From Octopus sinensis (Eukaryota): a stretch of 64,000 bases of DNA. Below are positions 12,286-24,480 of this stretch, one piece after another; positions within the stretch are counted from its first letter, which is position 1, and every line of letters begins with the position of its first letter. The notes beneath the pieces are model-generated. The model did no database searches. It had not been told where the DNA came from and was given only the letters and a program-made list of their open reading frames with translations. A program made the position numbers and the translations under genes. The DNA is taken from NCBI RefSeq assembly GCF_006345805.1, contig NC_043003.1, forward strand, positions 37,076,001 through 37,140,000, written 5' to 3'.

Positions 12286-12789
12286 ACTGTACGCTAATGT
12301 TGATCGCATCTGGAAAATATTCCGTCGCTGAGGATAGATTGCATAACCTTGCAATGTAGTCATGTCGACGCTGTCATTAAGTGATAGCCGTTAAAGATTA
12401 TCAGAGATTGTGAGGCTAAGCATTTGTAGCAAACTTGGAGGTTTTACATATGTATTATTGATGAGTAAGTTTGAAATATCGGTATAGGGTATCGCTTAAG
12501 GTCTCAAGCTTTTATATTTATAGAAATAAAGTAAATATATGAAGAAATTTCTAGATTCTCACGTGTGTATGTATTTGTGTGTGTATTAAAATTATCAAAA
12601 TTGCTTGCAAAAGCCGGTACAATTCAAGACGAAATTGAGTGAAAACAGGCAAAACTAATTTTTTTCCAAATATTTCCGTGTTTCGAATTGAAACATCGAA
12701 CGAAAGTGTGGCATATATTTTTTGCAAATATATGCGGGGATAGTAAGACTACAACATTAACTGGAAGGCTAAATCTTTTTTAATGCAGA

Positions 12790-13430
12790 TTGCTTCTTCA
12801 ATCCTCAAATTTCCAATATTCCATTCAATAGCTTTGGTAGTTCTCCAAATGTTTCCAACTTAGCGTGGCTGCTCTATATATTCCCGGAGGAATATTTCTG
12901 CTGTAGGATATACCACATTTATTATGAAGTATGTGGTACACCACGTAAATCCTCAATCACGCATCCACACTATTGATGAGGAAGATGATTAACGTTCACA
13001 TGCTGTTGTTGTTGTTGTGTATTAGATGATTCCCATACAAGAGAGTCTTCAGAAAAGACCCAGAGTTTACCCGCCGAATGTCCAGCCTTTACCTATGGAT
13101 TACGTTACGGCTGGTAGCAGTAATCCATTACTTAAAGTGTGGCAATTTTAGGAAGCGCGTGTTATTACTAGAGTTGTGAACATTACTTGAAGATTTATAA
13201 GCATTGTTATGTTTTGCTACGGATGTTGGGTATTCGTTGTCCATTAGAAAATTTTGAAACTGCTTGATGTCGGAGAGCTAATCTCCTTTGATGCATTTGT
13301 TGCGCAACTGTAAGATTTCGTCCCATAAGTAAGCACCCATAGATCTGAAGAATAAGATTGATCCGTAATGAATAAATATGCCCCACTAAATCACCATCCT
13401 GCGAAATTCGGTGTTGTTGGATTTTGACAT
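12790..13430 (-). mobile_element. Degenerate Penelope-like element fragment (post-RT region to GIY-YIG)
   Basis: Frameshifted peptides such as LMDNEYP (NGYP-like), RFLKLP and RLDIRRVNSG. Heavily decayed. Confidence 0.45.
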
Positions 13431-13561
13431 TATGTTTTAATATAATTCATTTTGAGTTGAGCCTGTCAGGTTTTTGATAATTATAGTTAGTTTGCATGTG
13501 ATTGATTTTAAACCTGAAATCGAACAAAGGGAGAGGGGTGAGAGAGAGAGATGAGAGAGAT

Positions 13562-13597
<36 letters not shown>

Positions 13598-13749
13598 GAT
13601 TAGGTGATGTTGGGGTGTTCTATTTCAAAATCTATGTTGTCGTCAGTGTTGCTGAAACTTTGTGATATAGTGCTAACAGTAAATTCCTGCGGTTGAAGCA
13701 ATCGGTCACGCTGTGCAAGGGGATGGTAAAAAGGTGTTACGCTTGAGAG

Positions 13750-13784
<35 letters not shown>

Positions 13785-14100
13785 TTCAAAGGAATGCTGC
13801 AACTACGTGCACACATGCACACACATACGAACGTTCTGGTGCATACAGACATGCAACACACTGAGACATTTAGCTGGCTGTATTATGTGTGTATGTGAGT
13901 ATGAGAGAGTGGGGCTATATGTACATATGCGCACAGCATAATCGTACGTATGCATAGGGGCTAAAGTAAAACTTTTAGGGAAAGCATTATTTATCCTTAA
14001 GTTGTAAAAGAGTAAAATATACCACTTCGGTAGTTTTAGTTTTCTTTTTAATTCGATTTACTGCGTTGTATTTTAAATATGGAATTAGGTACGATATACG

Positions 14101-14149
<49 letters not shown>

Positions 14150-14152
<3 letters not shown>

Positions 14153-14675
14153 CCAGCTATTGTGTATCTAGTGCACTCTTCGCCTTGAATGTAATGATAT
14201 ATGTATAATATATGGCGTGTACTGGTACACCGGCGATTATAATTAATTTTATTGTATCGCATTTATCTTTGTTTACATATTCTCTCGATAAATTTCTGAC
14301 CGTTAGACGATATACCACAATCCCCTATTTTGTCGGGTTTGTTCTGAGTCTGCGCAGTGTTTTGAATAGTTTAGAAAGAGCATTTCGATAGACGCACATG
14401 GGTCTATTGATATGGTCTACCCATCATTAACAGGAATCTTACTGAAGAGCCAGCCTGAGTAAATAAATACTATTTTTATTACTGAATTTGGCGAAACTGC
14501 AGTATAAGAAAAGTTAAGTTTGTAAAAGTTTTTAATTTTCATCTCACTAAATTTATCCAGCTATTGTGTATCTAGTGCACTCTTCGCCTTGAATGTAATG
14601 ATATATGTATAATATATGGCGTGTACTGGTACACCGGCGATTATAATTAATTTTATTGTATCGCATTTATCTTTG

Positions 14676-14678
<3 letters not shown>
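14150..14678 (+). repeat. ~404-bp unit plus 125-bp partial repeat carrying a hammerhead (pLTR or retrozyme-like)
   Basis: 14150-14274 is repeated identically at 14554-14678. Both outer flanks are (TA)n. No coding remnant recognised. Confidence 0.85.
14437..14509 (+). ncRNA. Type I hammerhead ribozyme, canonical core
   Basis: Stem I TCTTA/TAAGA. Core CTGAAGA at 14442-14448. Stem II GCCA..TGGC with a long AT-rich extension. GAAA at 14493-14496. Palindromic stem III ACTGCAGT. GUA triplet with predicted cleavage after 14504. Confidence 0.85.
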
Positions 14679-14699
<21 letters not shown>

Positions 14700-14715
<16 letters not shown>

Positions 14716-14792
14716 AAGCAAGGGCAAAAGAAAAAATTTCTAATGCCAAATATGCCGAAAATAAACACAACGTCAATAACCATGTATTTTAT

Positions 14793-14844
<52 letters not shown>

Positions 14845-16274
14845 CTTGATGTGTGTATATAAGCGTGGAGGATTAGTGGTTGGTGTATTCAGCTCCCAAT
14901 AGGAAAGTCGTGAGTTCGATTCCTGACGGCACATTGTCTCCTTCAGTAAGGCACTTTATTTCAAGTTGCTCCAGTCCGCTCAGCTGTCAAAAATGAGCTG
15001 TGCGTGTAACTCAAAATGTCAGCTATGTTACACACCGTGTCACGCTGAATCTCCCTGAGAACTCCGTTAAAGGCACGCCTGTTTGTGGGATGCTCAGCCA
15101 TGTGCACTTAAATTTCAGGTCCAAGCTGTTTCATTAGTCGGATCATCTAAAAACCTCGTAGTTGACGGGGTGCCAGGGACCATCCGGACTCCCACCTTCG
15201 CCGTGAACAGGATTTAATCTCTCTTCGCTCCTTTGTGCCATATAGACTCAACTCCTCCCCCCTCTTTGTCTGACTCCCCTCCTCTCCTCTCTTCATTTCA
15301 CACCTACTTTCCCTCTTCCTCTCCTCTCTTCATCTCACACCTACTTCCTCTCTTCACTCCTACCTACCTTCTCCCTTTATCGATTACCTCCTCCATCCAT
15401 ACCCACCCCTACACATCCCAACCCCACCACCACACACCGCCCCTACACATCCCACATCCTCACTCCAAACCCACACACAACCCTCACATTCTCATACCCC
15501 ACCCTTGCATTCCCACACCACACTACACACCACACTACACTACACACCACACTACACACCACACTACACACCACACCACATTACATCACCCCGCACACAC
15601 TAGCACTAACCACTTCCCAGCACCCACAACATCATCTACACACCCACACATTACAGACGCACGCACTTACAGACGCACACATTCACACGTCAAAGCCACC
15701 AGCACCTATCCACGCGCTCATACTTACGCACTGTCACATACACACGCACGCGCACCTTCGTTTTGCGATCACTTATAATTGTTATCAGACAATACAACTC
15801 TACAAATGACATCGTTTGGTGCATCTAATAAGATAGATGGACATGAATTTACGCCGACGTGAAAGTTCAAGGGCAGATCTATCACCTCATTGGTTCTCTG
15901 TTATCCACAATGAACAACCACAGTTCCTCCAAATTTACCTTATGAGTGATGTAGGACAACAAACCCGAAGGAGGTGCCAATATTTTAGATGATGGGTCGT
16001 GTTAGACACAGCGCCGACTGCAGCGAAGGAGAGTATATCCACAGACAGCTTTTCGGTTGCGTTCAAAAACCACATAAACTCCACAAGTAAGGGCCTGAAA
16101 TACACCAAACGGACGCATAGCATGTTGCTTAGTCGAATTAGCCCATCATTTACTCCACGAATGTTTTGTTGTCAATGCTGCACTTCCCCATATCACCTGT
16201 TTCAACATAACTGTAATATATTATATACAAACTATGCCATTTTAATCCCGGGCAATGCCGGGTATCTCTGCTAG
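14700..16274 (+). mobile_element. Non-autonomous Helitron derivative, copy 1 of a tandem pair
   Basis: 3' hairpin CCCGGGCAATGCCGGG followed by CTAG|T at 16271-16275. RepHel remnant QMTSFGA..KVQGQIYHLIGSLL..QFLQIY at ~15795-15950. Contains an older SINE at ~14860-15180. The 5' end is buried in (TA)n. Confidence 0.85.
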
Positions 16275-16306
<32 letters not shown>

Positions 16307-16324
16307 ATATAATATATATATATA

Positions 16325-16408
16325 TAATTTATAAGCAAGGGCAAAAGAAAAATTTCTAATGCCAAATATGCCGAAAATAAACACAACGTCAATAACCATG
16401 TATTTTAT

Positions 16409-16460
<52 letters not shown>

Positions 16461-17893
16461 CTTGATGTGTGTATATAAGCGTGGAGGATTAGTGGTTGGT
16501 GTATTCAGCTCCCAATAGGAAAGTCGTGAGTTCGATTCCTGACGGCACATTGTCTCCTTCGGTAAGGCACTTTATTTCAAGTTGCTCCAGTCCGCTCAGC
16601 TGTCAAAAATGAGCTGTGCGTGTAACTCAAAATGTCAGCTATGTTACACACCGTGTCACGCTGAATCTCCCTGAGAACTCCGTTAAAGGCACGCCTGTTT
16701 GTGGGATGCTCAGCCATGTGCACTTAAATTTCAGGTCCAAGCTGTTTCATTAGTCGGATCATCTAAAAACCTCGTAGTTGACGGGGTGCCAGGGACCATC
16801 CGGACTCCCACCTTCGCCGTGAACAGGAATTTAATCTCTCTTCGCTCCTTTGTGCCATATAGACTCAACTCCTCCCCCCTCTTTGTCTGACTCCCCTCCT
16901 CTCCTCTCTTCATTTCACACCTACTTTCCCTCTTCCTCTCCTCTCTTCATCTCACACCTACTTCCTCTCTTCACTCCTACCTACCTTCTCCCTTTATCGA
17001 TTACCTCCTCCATCCATAACCCACCCCTACACATCCCAACCCCACCACCACACACCGCCCCTACACATCCCACATCCTCACTCCAAACCCACACACAACC
17101 CTCACATTCTCATACCCCACCCTTGCATTCCCACACCACACTACACACCACACTACACTACACACCACACTACACACCACACTACACACCACACCACATT
17201 ACATCACCCCGCACACACTAGCACTAACCACTTCCCAGCACCCACAACATCATCTACACACCCACACATTACAGACGCACGCACTTACAGACGCACACAT
17301 TCACACGTCAAAGCCACCAGCACCTATCCACGCGCTCATACTTACGCACTGTCACATACACACGCACGCGCACCTTCGTTTTGCGATCACTTATAATTTG
17401 TTATCAGACAATACAACTCTACAAATGACATCGTTTGGTGCATCTAATAAGATAGATGGACATGAATTTACGCCGACGTGAAAGTTCAAGGGCAGATCTA
17501 TCACCTCATTGGTTCTCTGTTATCCACAAATGAACAACCACAGTTCCTCCAAATTTACCTTATGAGTGATGTAGGACAACAAACCCGAAGGAGGTGCCAA
17601 TATTTTAGATGATGGGTCGTGTTAGACACAGCGCCGACTGCAGCGAAGGAGAGTATATCCACAGACAACTTTTCGGTTGCGTTCAAAAACCACATAAACT
17701 CCACAAGTAAGGGCCTGAAATACACCAAACGGACGCATAGCATGTTGCTTAGTCGAATTAGCCCATCATTTACTCCACGAATGTTTTGTTGTCAATGCTG
17801 CACTTCCCCATATCACCTGTTTCAACATAACTGTAATATATTATATACAAACTATGCCATTTTAATCCCGGGCAATGCCGGGTATCTCTGCTA

Positions 17894-17894
<1 letters not shown>
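16325..17894 (+). mobile_element. Non-autonomous Helitron derivative, copy 2 (offset 1620 bp)
   Basis: Near-identical to copy 1; CTAG|T at 17891-17895. Confidence 0.85.
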
Positions 17895-17939
<45 letters not shown>

Positions 17940-18200
17940 GGCTATATCTATCAGTTTATCTCTCAGTATATTTACACTTATATCTATCTAATGGCTTCTT
18001 AGGTTTACTCAATTTGTCTACTTATCAATTAAGGAAATCTGAACGACCTCTCAGTAATGTACCTGTAATGACTACTGGAAGCTGCTATAAACCAAATTTG
18101 CTCCAATAAAGGGAAAATATGTAATGATCATTATCTTAACTATATATATATATAATTATATATATATATAAAATATATATATAAGTATGTATGCATATAT

Positions 18201-18248
<48 letters not shown>

Positions 18249-18822
18249 AATATTTACATTTTACATATCACTGTAGCACCGTATTAACGAGTCTATCGGA
18301 TATTGTTATATACCGCTGGTCACAATGCGCTTACTCGCATTTTGTTCCCTTTGAATGACGACACTGCAGATTACGCGGGCAGGACGACATTCCTCATGAA
18401 TGCAATGCCAGTCCGTTGCAGAATTACCCATCTACAACTGATGTCTGTGTATGTGTGTGTGTGTTTGTGTATGTGCGTGTGTGTGTGTGTGTGTATAAGA
18501 CTTTATGGCTCTATAACAATGTAAATTGCTTAAGTATATATCCTCACGAGTTTGGCTGAATCCATGATTGCAAGATATGTGCAGAAACGTACAAAACTTG
18601 GATTAAGAGAGTTCGAAAAAGCAAATAGACTATCATGCACACACTGATAGAGAGGCGCGTGTTTGTGTTTGTGTGTGTGCGTGTCTGTATGTGTCTGTAT
18701 GCTCCTGTCTATATATGTTGAAATATGGGTAAGTATACATAGGTGCGTGTATATGCTTGTATGAATTTATAAGTTTATACACATACACACACACACACAC
18801 ACAAACACACACTCGCACACGC

Positions 18823-18857
<35 letters not shown>

Positions 18858-18959
18858 TATAAATATAGATACAGTTGTATATGTATGTATGTATGTATGC
18901 GCTCAATAAAATGTTAGGCATCTCTCATATACTTATATAGAATGTTTTTATTCCATTAC

Positions 18960-19005
<46 letters not shown>

Positions 19006-19740
19006 ACACATACATACATTACATATGTGTGTGCAAATATTTACATATGCATATATGTGTGTGTGTGTGTGTGTGTGAACTTTGTGCGTGTGTCTGTTCG
19101 ATGTTAGCATCTAGATGCTTATGTTTACGTGCACATTACTCTGTGTGTGTGTATATATATGTGTGTGTGTGTATATATATATATATGTGTGTGTGTGTAT
19201 GTGTGTGTGTGTAATTTTATTTCTTATTTCTATATGCAGTATTATTTATGGAAAATACATGTGTATATAATTGTTTTTCTTTCTTTTTTTTTCAATAAAA
19301 TCATGCTTTTGTTCGGTTATCATGAAATAAAATCCGAAACTACCTCCCTGGGGGCTTTCTACGCGAGCTTGCACGCATCTACATACGCATTACCACAGAT
19401 AGACAAACGTACATCCCAACCTTTACGTATGCGCGTAAGTGTTTATGTAAATGTATACACATAACTATATCTACCAGTTTATCTATCTGTCTATCTACAC
19501 CTATATCTAATCTACACATTTGTATGCATGTATGTATATATGCATATATATATATACATACGTGTGTGTATATGTATATATACATATATGTATAGCTATT
19601 TATATATATATGTACATATATATACATGTATGTATGTATTTATATATATACATATATATATAAGTACATTTTTATAGATACGAGTAAGTAACTGTATATT
19701 TGTATGGACGCACAAAATATACACACACTCTTAAACATAC

Positions 19741-19773
<33 letters not shown>

Positions 19774-19963
19774 TGTATGTATGTATGTATGTATGTATCC
19801 ATGTATGTATGTGTGTATGTGGAACCGCGTATCCATAACATAGACGAAATATTTTTCTAATACTAAACTTGCTTAAAATATAAAAGCAAAATATAAAAGA
19901 GAAAACGTAGCGGCAGCAGCAGCAGTAGAAGTTGCAGCAGCAGCAGTAGTTGTTGTTGTTGCT

Positions 19964-19996
<33 letters not shown>

Positions 19997-20082
19997 TTCA
20001 ACGTCGAGTGGCATTGTTTTATTCTTTTCATACTTTTACAAATGTGTTCTGTGCACATTCTTTTGTAGGTTTTCCAATGTTG

Positions 20083-20184
<102 letters not shown>

Positions 20185-20971
20185 CTGTCTATCTCTCCCT
20201 CTCTCTCTTCTTTCTCTTCTTTACCTCTCTAAAGATGGTTAGATAAATAGATATAGATGTATAGATATAGTGTGTGTATATGTGTGTGTGTGTTTCAACG
20301 GTGGAAAGAGGCATTACTTAACATATTTTAAAAGTGTATTCAAACTGAATCCTTTTCCACGTGACCCAAGTTCCGAAGCATTGCAATCATCTCACAACGC
20401 AGATGTATGAAACTCGAGATGGGGGATTCGGGTTATCCAGCTTCAATCTACCTTACGTTTTTAATCCACGCAGATTTCTGCACACACACACACACACACA
20501 TACACACACACACACATACATACACACACACACACACACTTTCTCTGTTTCTTTCTCTCTCTCTTCCTCACGCACACAGACACATACGCAGGCGCTCGAC
20601 ACGCGCATGCATATATGTGTATGTATATATATATATATATATTTGTATCTAGGTATCTATCTATTTATCTCTCTCCCTCTCTATTTCTACACACACATAC
20701 ATTATATATATATATATATATACTTAAACATTATATAAACTTAATTCACTTAATTACGCACATATACACACATATATAAACATACATATATAGCTATAGT
20801 TTTTGTATATATAATGTATGCTAAAACATGTAAGTGCCGAAACATTTTTATGCTGGAAGTTTGAATGTTTTTGTCGAAAGTTTTTGCTGAAAAGCATTGC
20901 TCGCCTCAGCTACGAGCAGTTAGGTCAGATCTGTCGACTGTGAACACTTGAAATTAGTATATGTTTTTTTT

Positions 20972-21195
20972 ATTACCCATAAGGGACTAAACATAGAGGG
21001 GACAAACAAGGACAGACAAACGGATTAAGTCGATTACATCGATCCCAGTGCGTAACTGGTACTTACTTTATCGACCCCGAAAGGATGAAAGGCAAAGTCA
21101 ACCTTGGCGGAATTTGAACTCAGAACGTAACGACAGACGAAATACGGCTACGCAGTTCACCCGGCGTGTTAACGATTCTGCCAGCTCGCCGCCTT
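20972..21195 (-). mobile_element. SINE family A monomer
   Basis: Same head and body as the 3882-4300 copy. Confidence 0.9.
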
Positions 21196-21958
21196 GATTA
21201 TAGTTGCTCTCACCTTAATACATAGTTGCTTACTGTCTATTGTGCATTTTCCTATATGGGAGCAAGACGGAATTGTTTTGATTTTCGCATTTAAAAAATC
21301 TTATTTATGAGTTGGGTGCGATGGCGGATTCTGTAGAGCATCTTAATATCTATGATCCATTCTGAAATATTAGTGTCTTTTGTATTACTCATTGACTGCT
21401 GGCGGTCACTACTTCGCTTCTCAGTTGAACAATGTGCGTTGGAAGTGCTGTTGTATTTTCCAGTTGGTGACATCGAAACAAAGCACTTTGCTGGTGTATG
21501 CAATCCTGTAAGCCTATTCTTCTTCTTTGATGTTTTGAGATGAAAGAAATTGGCCAACATGCAATGCCTTTCTTAAGGAATCTCTCCTTTCATGGGTATG
21601 TTCTATGTTTGGTAAATCCATGTCAGCCCTTTTCCCTCTGCGTTTGGTTGCAATATTTGTCTTCGTAGATCTTCACAGAAGTGGACATTGTCCATTCTAC
21701 TGTAACTCACTTTCATGCTGCTTAAGTAGATTAGCTTCTGGATATTAAGACACCTTGGAAAGGGTGTTTTGATTGTGGGGAGGTAGATCTTTTATAATAC
21801 AACTTTGGGACAAATGTTGTATGGAGAGTTATGCGACATAAAATTTCTGTTCCTAATCTTCTGCAATGCTTTATGATGTTTGTATACGCTTTACACTTCC
21901 TTAGTGTGTATGTGGTTGGGAAACATGCTTCTTACCACATAGCCACAGAATCAATATC

Positions 21959-22120
<162 letters not shown>

Positions 22121-22659
22121 ACGGAGTAGTCGAAGCAGGGGCAGCTGAAAAAGGGGAATGTTCCTTGTGTTGTATGTCTTGTACTCTGTTTTTTCGTTGT
22201 TTAAAATAGTCCGTTTCCATGTTTTTATTTTTATGTTTTCGTTTCTCGTTGTGTTCTACGTTTTTCTTTTTGGTGTCCTGTACCCATATATGCATGTATA
22301 TATACATATAGATGTAGATATGTACATATATGTATGTATGCATATGTTATGTTTATTAACTTGTTATTGCATATATATATATGATACCTTCTCACCTGCA
22401 TTGCTTAAGTGATTTTTAAAAGTATTTATATCATATACATGCTAGAGTGCTTAAAACAAATTACTATATATATGTGTGTGTGTATGCATGTGTGTGTATA
22501 TATATATATGTATGTATATATATTTATATACATTCTTTCCATATTTTATAAGCCTGATACTTATTCTATCGGTCTCTTCTGCCAAACCGCTAGTTTTAGG
22601 AGACCAACACAGGCACAAAGACATATACACACACATACACGCATGCACTCATATATATA

Positions 22660-22818
22660 TATACGACGGGCTTCTTTTAGTTTCCTTCTCCCAAACCCTC
22701 TCACAAGGCTCGGTTCTACCCGAGGATATAGCAGAAGACACTTGCCCAAGGTGTCACGCAGCGGGACCGAACCCAGAACCATGTGGTTGGGAAACATGCT
22801 TCTTACCACATAGCCACA
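22660..22818 (-). mobile_element. SINE family B, 5' half
   Basis: Reverse complement of GTGGCTATGTGGTAAGAAGC..CCACATGGTTCTGGGTTC..CTTGGGCAAGTGTCTTC. Confidence 0.85.
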
Positions 22819-22829
22819 GAATCAATATC

Positions 22830-22916
<87 letters not shown>

Positions 22917-23209
22917 CATTAATATGTTTGTGTAATATATATATATCAGAGAGAGAGAGATACATTCACACACACACATACACAGATACACACGCATATG
23001 TGTGTGTATACATGTACGTCTTCATAGTAGTGTGTTTGTATGTTAGGGAGTGTTACGTTCGGCCGTAGTACATGCGTCCGCGTATGTGAGTGGATCTAAC
23101 GAGTCAGTAGCCAAGGGTCTGTAGCGGCAGATTGTCGCAGTTAGTAGCATGTTGGGTCAGGAATCTGAGTGATGCGTTTAGGTGTGCGTGAGTGCGTGTG
23201 ATTTACTGG

Positions 23210-23476
23210 TGCAATGTCCTTTCGTCCGACGTCACTTCATCAGACGTCTTTTCGTACGACGTCTTTTTGTCCAACGACAAAGCCTATCAATAGAATTTTC
23301 AATTATTATTTGATTTTGATGTTCACTTTGTTTTCTAAGGGGTTTATTTAAAATTAGACAAAAAATCGTAGGAAAAAAGTTTATGAACAAAAAGACGTCG
23401 GACAAAAAGACGTGGACAAAGTGACATTGGACAAAGTGACATTGGACAAAGTGACATTGGACGAAAAGTCGGGACT
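23210..23476. mobile_element. Foldback or MITE-like element with inverted arrays of a 15-bp subrepeat
   Basis: The right end has three tandem GGACAAAGTGACATT units. The left end has diverged reverse-complement units (TTTCGTCCGACGTCA, TTTTGTCCAACG). No TSD determined. Confidence 0.65.
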
Positions 23477-23904
23477 CGTTAGTTACTGTGTGTGTGTGTG
23501 TGTGTGTGCGTGTGTGTGTGCCTGTTTGTGTATGCGTGCGTGTGTGTGTGTGCATACGTGTTTGATTGAACGTGAGTGTACAGATGTGTGTGTGCGTGTA
23601 TGTTTCGGTGTATGTGCGTAGCTTTTTGTTCGTAGTTATGATTATATGCAAACGTGTGTGTTTCTCTGTGTACGTTTGTGTGTGCGTGTGTTTGCAGTAA
23701 ATATGTATGTTATTTGTACGTATAGGTGTGTGTAACGTACGTGTATAAGTGTGCAAAGGGTAGGTAAAGGGGAAAAAAGGAGAAAAGTAGAGAAAAAATG
23801 GAGGGGAAGAGAAAGGAGAGGAGACAGAAGTAGGAAGGAAGAGAGAAGGAAAAAGAGGAAATGAACATGAAACTGGTGGGAAAGGTAGAAGTAGGGAGCG
23901 ATTA

Positions 23905-24480
23905 CAAGAAATAGGGCGTTACGTTGAGTCCAAAAGTTGCATAAGTCCGTAGTAAGAAGATGTATTGATGTTCCTTTCAAATTCTGTGCATGGCAACTCC
24001 ATGGTGTAACGCCAAGAGGAGCACTCTAAGCTGTTGGGTGGAGTGGTTAACCGAGCAAAAATTGCGATCAACAGGAGTATATTTCTGGACGTGCGGATAT
24101 CAGGATACTAGTCCGTCCTATGCACAAAGACCCGCAAAGAGTACATTTTAAAGCAATATATGACATTAGATAATGTGAATTATGTGATGTGAACTATGTG
24201 AAGTGATGTGAACCATGCGTTCGTTGGTTCCTGCGAGGGAGGTAGTGTTGGTGATAAACGGACCAGTGCGGCAACAAGGCCTGAAACAAGATGGCATTTT
24301 GTATAATACTCTGGCTGCTCTTAGTGCAAATCTTGCGCTCAATTGGCAAACTTTTATGAATTTGATAGGCAAAACAGTGCCTTCTGCTCTATTACTTACT
24401 CAACGGTTCAGTCTCTATTATTTCGATTTAAGATGTGACTGTGAATTGTATGTATTCTCTTTGTGCGTCCTCTAATAATT
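23905..24480 (-). mobile_element. Penelope-like element GIY-YIG endonuclease remnant
   Basis: PSCFRPCCRTGPFITNTTSLAGTNER, then VIYC/ALKCTLCGSLCIG, then HST..LRVLLLALHHG..KEHQYIFLL..FGLNV across frameshifts. Confidence 0.7.

Noticed and set aside
11640-12420. Possible L2/CR1 RT scrap around the SINE C insertion (NLSSATEYFPDA)
   Set aside because: A single short motif with no supporting neighbours.
23205-23250. CTGATGA...GAAA on the minus strand
   Set aside because: Stem II is only 2 bp, with no stem III or stem I. It arises from the 15-bp subrepeats of the foldback element.
23412-23470. Tandem 15-bp repeats or recurring SINE bodies as a CRISPR-like array
   Set aside because: No unique spacers of regular length, eukaryotic context and no cas genes.
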